A stretch of DNA of 63,988 bases from Hydrolagus affinis (taxonomy: Eukaryota), in contig JAAILG010001629.1 in NCBI GenBank assembly GCA_012026655.1, positions 1-63,988 of the forward strand, given 5' to 3'. Shown in pieces: positions 63,852 to 63,988 of this stretch. The notes beneath the pieces are model-generated. The model was given only the letters and a program-made list of their open reading frames with translations. It ran no database searches and had not been told where the DNA came from. A program made the position numbers and the translations under genes. Numbering within the stretch: position 1 is the stretch's first letter; each line of letters opens with the position of its first letter.

Positions 63852-63988
63852 CAACAACAACAACAACAAATTACATTTATAGAGCGCCTTTCACGTCGGG
63901 AGGACGTCCCAAGGCGCTGCACAGGGGGAGTGTGACCCAAGCTGGGAGGGGAGTGTTTGGGCGGGGGTGAAACACGAAGGGGAGGTCG
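63852..63988 (-). mobile_element. L2 3' end, runs off the window
   Basis: (CAA)n tail, intact stem-loop, G-rich region. Confidence 0.88.

Overview
Vertebrate genomic DNA, AT-rich and repeat-dense, holding three intron-containing genes: WDR25 (+, 5'-truncated by the window edge, 6 coding exons), BEGAIN (-, 7 coding exons including a 29-nt micro-exon and a 915-nt first coding exon) and DLK1 (+, 5 coding exons, 390 aa). This is the order and orientation of the proximal edge of the mammalian DLK1-DIO3 imprinted domain, here in a very compact form. The repeats (a tRNA-derived Deu-type SINE in about 20 copies, its L2 partner, CR1 relics) suggest a cartilaginous fish, probably a chimaera such as Callorhinchus; this is inference. 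The most notable points are a BEGAIN exon whose splice acceptor is overwritten by a 14-bp tandem duplication, a divergent N-terminally extended BEGAIN, possible overlapping WDR25/BEGAIN 3' ends, a ~570-bp tetranucleotide array where a DLK1 CpG-island promoter would be expected, and a SINE with visible subfamily evolution. I found no convincing wholly new biological system. All homology calls are from memory of the families, with no database search, and repeat boundaries are approximate.
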